Positions 45,347 to 48,580 of a DNA stretch of 48,580 nt are shown piece after piece; positions within the stretch are counted from its first letter, which is position 1, and each line of letters starts with the position of its first letter. The translations under genes and the position numbers were made by a program. The notes beneath the pieces were generated by a model, which had not been told where the DNA came from, ran no database searches, and saw nothing but the letters and a program-made list of their open reading frames with translations. This stretch comes from a virus (taxonomy: Duplodnaviria; Caudoviricetes): IMG/VR virus record IMGVR_UViG_3300035686_000080, positions 1-48,580 of that record; one strand, written 5' to 3'.

Positions 45347-45508
45347 TCAGGCGGTCTTGCGGGTCTCGGCTGACAGGGGCAGTGCCCCGCGGAGGCTCGT
45401 CGCGACGGCGTCGCGCCGTTCCTGGGTCAGGGGCGGGGCTTGGGCGACGACTGCGCGCACTGCGGCTGCGAATTCAGGGTCGGCCATCCGCTCCCGGTGG
45501 GTGCTCAT
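45347..45508 (-). CDS. Small protein with APPLT.E.R motif, 53 aa
   Basis: Manual translation MSTHRERMADPEFAAAVRAVVAQAPPLTQERRDAVATSLRG...; directly after the Cro-like gene. Confidence 0.6.
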   Translation of the reverse strand: MSTHRERMADPEFAAAVRAVVAQAPPLTQERRDAVATSLRGALPLSAETRKTA

Positions 45509-45519
45509 GCCGCGCATCC

Positions 45520-45789
45520 CTATCCCGTCGACTGGCTAGTCGCACTTGCCGATTGTCCTGTTCCACATGACACGGTGGGCAAGAAGAGACCCTTGGTGCC
45601 CAACGCGGCGGAGATCCGGTCTGCGAGATCTTGGGTGCAGCTGTGCTTGCGGCCGTCCCGCAGGTGGGAGATGAACGAAGGAGAGCAGTCAGCCGTTATT
45701 GCTAACTGTCGCACCGATACGCCGCGGGTCTTCATTACCTCTCGCAAGGCGTTCCGACTGGTCAGTCGACTGCTGGCTTCGCGTGACAC
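45520..45789 (-). CDS. Cro-like XRE helix-turn-helix protein, 89 aa
   Basis: LREVM..RGVSVRQLA....CS.SFISHL..G; GGAGG RBS before GTG 45789. Confidence 0.85.
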   Translation of the reverse strand: MSREASSRLTSRNALREVMKTRGVSVRQLAITADCSPSFISHLRDGRKHSCTQDLADRISAALGTKGLFLPTVSCGTGQSASATSQSTG

Positions 45790-45814
45790 TGGGCACCTCC
45801 CTTCGGATGCCACG

Positions 45815-45843
45815 ATCATGCCCGTCTACCGTCTACCTGTCAA
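45815..45843 (-). promoter_or_regulatory. Early lytic promoter with tandem GGTAGAC operator-like repeats
   Basis: TTGACA-ggtagacggtagacggg(17)-CATGAT; another GGTAGAC on the opposite strand at 45952-45958. Confidence 0.75.
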
Positions 45844-46026
45844 GTACGGCGTGCCGTCGGTCATGTTGAGCATGACAGAGGGTGAGCGAACTACATGTTT
45901 GTTCTTTCATCCCAAGTAGTTCCAAGCACGAAGATCACCACTATGGTCTGGGGTAGACACGCGATCGGACATCGACCGCGTCTCCTTTCATGTGGCCCCA
46001 GTGCCACTCGGCGCGACAGGCGGGCA

Positions 46027-46578
46027 GTGACGGTGATAGACCCCGACGTGCGGGAGGGTCCGACAATCTCGGAACTCGTCCAGCACTGCGTCGACCAAGG
46101 GGTAAACACCCGAGAATTGGCAAGGCGCAGCGAGGGCAAGGTGGCGCACCAGAGATTCGAGGATCTGCGCCACGGTAAGGTCGTCGGGTTTCCTCGAAGT
46201 GCTGAGGCTGTCGAAGCGCAGGCTCGCGCGCTTGGTGTCTCGGGCCACGATCTACTGCTCGCTTATGCAAGGCAGCTCGGAATCTACCGCGGCGACGAGC
46301 AGCCGTACCTAGCGTCGATGTTGCCCGCGAGCGCCAAGCGTCTCACCATCCGCCAAGCCCGACTTCTAGTCGACCTGATCGAGCAGTTAGCACCGGCAAG
46401 CACGGCCACCGTCCTCGATCTGTCTCGCTTCCCGCTCGAGGAGCTGCGTGACGTCACTGAGTTCTGGCAGGAGCTGGGCGGACGTCGCAATGACGCGTCG
46501 CCAGCCTTGGCCGCAGTGATGGGGTATGTCATGGCCACGATCGACGCCGCGATTGCCGACGCAACGACCGAGCAGTAA
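46027..46578 (+). CDS. Putative immunity repressor (XRE-like HTH) with C-terminal extension
   Basis: Divergent from Cro; G.NTRELARRS.G, A.ALGVS...L..A; start uncertain (GTG 46027 or 46033). Confidence 0.7.
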   Translation: MTVIDPDVREGPTISELVQHCVDQGVNTRELARRSEGKVAHQRFEDLRHGKVVGFPRSAEAVEAQARALGVSGHDLLLAYARQLGIYRGDEQPYLASMLPASAKRLTIRQARLLVDLIEQLAPASTATVLDLSRFPLEELRDVTEFWQELGGRRNDASPALAAVMGYVMATIDAAIADATTEQ

Positions 46579-46595
46579 CGATAAGGGGCCTGCAC

Positions 46596-47618
46596 CTACC
46601 AGCGGTGCTCCACGCCCGCCTGATCCCGGCGACGCATCAGGTCGGACACGCTGTCCATCACCAGCTCGTCCATGTCGCCGCCGGCCGTGACGGCCACTCC
46701 TAACGTCGCGGGTACGCCGGCCGACGCGAGGCCAACCTGAATTCGGCTCATGAATAGGCGCCCAGCGCTGGCCGGTCCCACCTCCAGTAACACCGCGACC
46801 TGCCTGGTGCCGTACCGGCCCACCAAGTCGCGAGTGCGGGGATCACCAGACTTGGGACCGCGCCGCTGCCTGACCCCACATCCGAGATTGGCGACGATGG
46901 CCGCCTCACATCCGGGCTCGGATGGATCAATGATCACCAGGGCGACATACCCGTAACCGCTGTCGTCGAGCATCTGCTGGCCTTGGCTGCGCCAAGCCGC
47001 CTCCGCCCACAGGCCCGTGCGCGGGTCATACGCCCTGGTGCGCTGGATGGCCTCCCGCAGAGCTGACCGATGGAGGACTGCGAGGCACGGCACCGCGGCG
47101 GTGATCGAGGCTGGACTCCAGGCCATCGCCGCAGCGAGAGCGGCCCCTGATCCGATAGTGGTGATCTCAACGATCTGGCTGGCCAGGGAACAGAACATCT
47201 TGAGCACGGCGAACTGCCGAGCCGCCACGATCGCCGCGGCAATGAAGCCAGCACTGATTCCACAGAAAGCGAGGACCGCGAGTGCAACACCACCCCAACC
47301 CGGTATAGCTCTAGCAGTGAAGCCCGCCGCGAGTGCAGCTACAGCTGCTGCAGCAGCGCTGTACACGTACCGGTGCGGGTGGGCTGCCATCACCGCGCGG
47401 CGCGACGGCCAATCTCCAAGGTAGACAGCGGCAGTTACTAGAACTGTCGGAATTGGTGGCAGCAAAAGAGCACCAGTGAACACCCACACGCCGTGAAGTG
47501 CAGGGACTTTTCCCTCAGTCACGGCGAGTCGCAGGCGCTCAATCCGCAATAGGGCGTGCGAATACGTGACACTAACGAGCATCAAGAGCGCGCAGCTCAC
47601 CAACTGATGGAGGTTCAA
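46596..47618 (-). CDS. Multi-pass membrane protein with degenerate GGDEF domain
   Basis: About 6 hydrophobic segments (VWVFTGALLLPP, PHRYVYSAA), then DPRTGL, ALVIID, RTRDLVGRYGTRQVAVLL, ATLGVA; TTG start uncertain. Confidence 0.75.
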   Translation of the reverse strand: MNLHQLVSCALLMLVSVTYSHALLRIERLRLAVTEGKVPALHGVWVFTGALLLPPIPTVLVTAAVYLGDWPSRRAVMAAHPHRYVYSAAAAAVAALAAGFTARAIPGWGGVALAVLAFCGISAGFIAAAIVAARQFAVLKMFCSLASQIVEITTIGSGAALAAAMAWSPASITAAVPCLAVLHRSALREAIQRTRAYDPRTGLWAEAAWRSQGQQMLDDSGYGYVALVIIDPSEPGCEAAIVANLGCGVRQRRGPKSGDPRTRDLVGRYGTRQVAVLLEVGPASAGRLFMSRIQVGLASAGVPATLGVAVTAGGDMDELVMDSVSDLMRRRDQAGVEHRW

Positions 47619-47658
47619 TTTGGGACACCCGTCGACTTAGAACGTGAGGAGGTGCCTC

Positions 47659-47688
47659 ATGTTCCGATTCACGTGGATCTGGCCGTAA
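47659..47688 (+). CDS. Candidate 9-aa peptide MFRFTWIWP
   Basis: GAGGAGGT RBS (47646-47653) 5 nt before ATG; TAA stop followed by a terminator hairpin. Confidence 0.55.
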   Translation: MFRFTWIWP

Positions 47689-47705
47689 GGTAGCCGGAAG
47701 CAGTC

Positions 47706-47739
47706 AGTAGGGCCCGGGGTAGCCGCCCTGGGCCTTACT
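47706..47739 (+). terminator. Intrinsic terminator after the peptide ORF
   Basis: agtagggcccgggg-tagccg-ccctgggccttact 14-bp stem whose two G-U pairs only form on the + strand; followed by taatt. Confidence 0.65.
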
Positions 47740-48073
47740 TAATTGTCGCCTAGCACCTCCACGGGATAACCGATGTCACAGACCGTATCGGTTCGTCCCT
47801 ATCGCGTCATCAGCAAAGAATGCCGAACTTGCGCGTGGGGTCCATCCCTGGCCTGATCGCTAATCGCAGCTCGCCCGGCGGGCGGCGCTGCCGACCCGGG
47901 CTGAGAGCGATGCCGGCGCCCTGCGGACCGGACTTTGTGCTGTGAAACACAGGGAGAAACGTATGGAGACCGTACCGACTGTGAGTCAGTAACGCCATAC
48001 CCTGTGGTAACGAATCTGAAACTGTCACCACGGACCGGTTGCACGCCCTCGCAATGTAGGACATTCTCGGGCG

Positions 48074-48580
48074 GTGAGTGGACCCACGACGCCGCCCGAT
48101 GGGCATAGCCAGGATCCGGAACTGGGAGCCGCTAGCCCTCGGCCGCGCGGCCTCAGGCGGGATACGGCGCCGCGGCAAGCGGGCGAGGGCAAAGACCGAT
48201 GGTGGCTCACCCGCGTTCAGGAGCTCGATCGTTCGCTGAACCGAACCCCTGAAGCTCGGGCCGTGGCGAAATTGCCGACGCCCCCGGTGGATGCCTCTGG
48301 GTCGCCGATCAAGGTCGCCTCCGACGCCCGCCGAACGTTGCTGGAGGCCGCCATCCGCGATCGCGTCGGCCGCGGCGCGACGGTCGAGCTACAGCAGGAG
48401 TTCGCCGCCGTCCTGCGCTACCCGAGGCGTGTCAACCACGTCGCCCACGCCATCCTGAGCCTTCTGAGCTGCGGGCTTTGGCTGTTCGTGTGGCTGCTCA
48501 TTGCCATCTCGTCGAAGGACATCAGGACCACGCTCAGCGTCGACGAGTACGGGCGAGTGCTGGAGATCCAGAACCTGTAG
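48074..48580 (+). CDS. Membrane protein of the lysogeny region (NH..H.IL.LL.CGLW..VW motif)
   Basis: VNHVAHAILSLLSCGLWLFVWLLIA hydrophobic motif; co-oriented with repressor and integrase. Confidence 0.7.
   Translation: MSGPTTPPDGHSQDPELGAASPRPRGLRRDTAPRQAGEGKDRWWLTRVQELDRSLNRTPEARAVAKLPTPPVDASGSPIKVASDARRTLLEAAIRDRVGRGATVELQQEFAAVLRYPRRVNHVAHAILSLLSCGLWLFVWLLIAISSKDIRTTLSVDEYGRVLEIQNL

Larger units (their letters stand above)
3119..48580. mobile_element. Temperate siphovirus-type prophage (right end beyond window)
   Basis: Serine integrase, complete head/tail/lysis set, replication/recombination genes and divergent repressor/Cro pair, in conserved order with overlapping start/stop codons. 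Confidence 0.95.

Noticed and set aside
46596-47618. Active diguanylate cyclase
   Set aside because: GG(D/E)EF is replaced by GTRQV and the substrate-binding segment is missing.
47638-47661. Minus-strand MRHLLTF-stop in frame with the membrane/GGDEF gene (possible read-through or pseudogene)
   Set aside because: Weak RBS and no hydrophobic continuation; the + strand ORF has the stronger RBS and a strand-specific terminator. Not fully excluded.
47659-47688. RiPP precursor (W-x-W, tryptorubin/cyclophane-like)
   Set aside because: No P450 or radical SAM enzyme nearby and no leader peptide; similarity is only aromatic richness.
1-48580. tRNA, rRNA, IS elements, group I/II introns or inteins
   Set aside because: None recognised by eye; terminase, portal and capsid have ordinary lengths. 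A covariance-model search was not possible.

Overview
High-GC actinobacterial chromosome segment. Positions 1-3.1 kb are host DNA: the 5' end of an lsr2-like gene, an MSMEG_6728-family (T4 endonuclease V-like) gene with an extra C-terminal domain, and an FAD/Rieske oxidoreductase. From about 3119 to the window end lies an apparently intact siphovirus-type temperate prophage of more than 45 kb. It seems to have integrated, via a large serine integrase, into the 3' end of ychF; the displaced VEFRFNV-stop codons lie at 3119-3142 and the other att junction is beyond the window. The minus strand carries the lytic programme: Cro-like HTH, YqaJ/RecT, RusA, two DNA methyltransferases, replication initiator, putative late regulator, terminase, portal, protease/scaffold, capsid, tail, lysis genes, and tail fibres with two GH16 glycanases. 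The late operon ends in an unexpected FliA/WhiG-like sigma factor. Two small autoregulated cassettes with operator repeats are inserted against the lytic direction. The most intriguing element sits next to the repressor: a multi-pass membrane protein with a catalytically degenerate GGDEF domain that keeps the RxxD I-site, divergent from a 9-aa Trp-rich micro-ORF (MFRFTWIWP) with its own strong RBS and terminator. This is a candidate peptide/c-di-GMP sensing module for the lysis-lysogeny decision. All calls come from motif recognition by eye; no searches were run.
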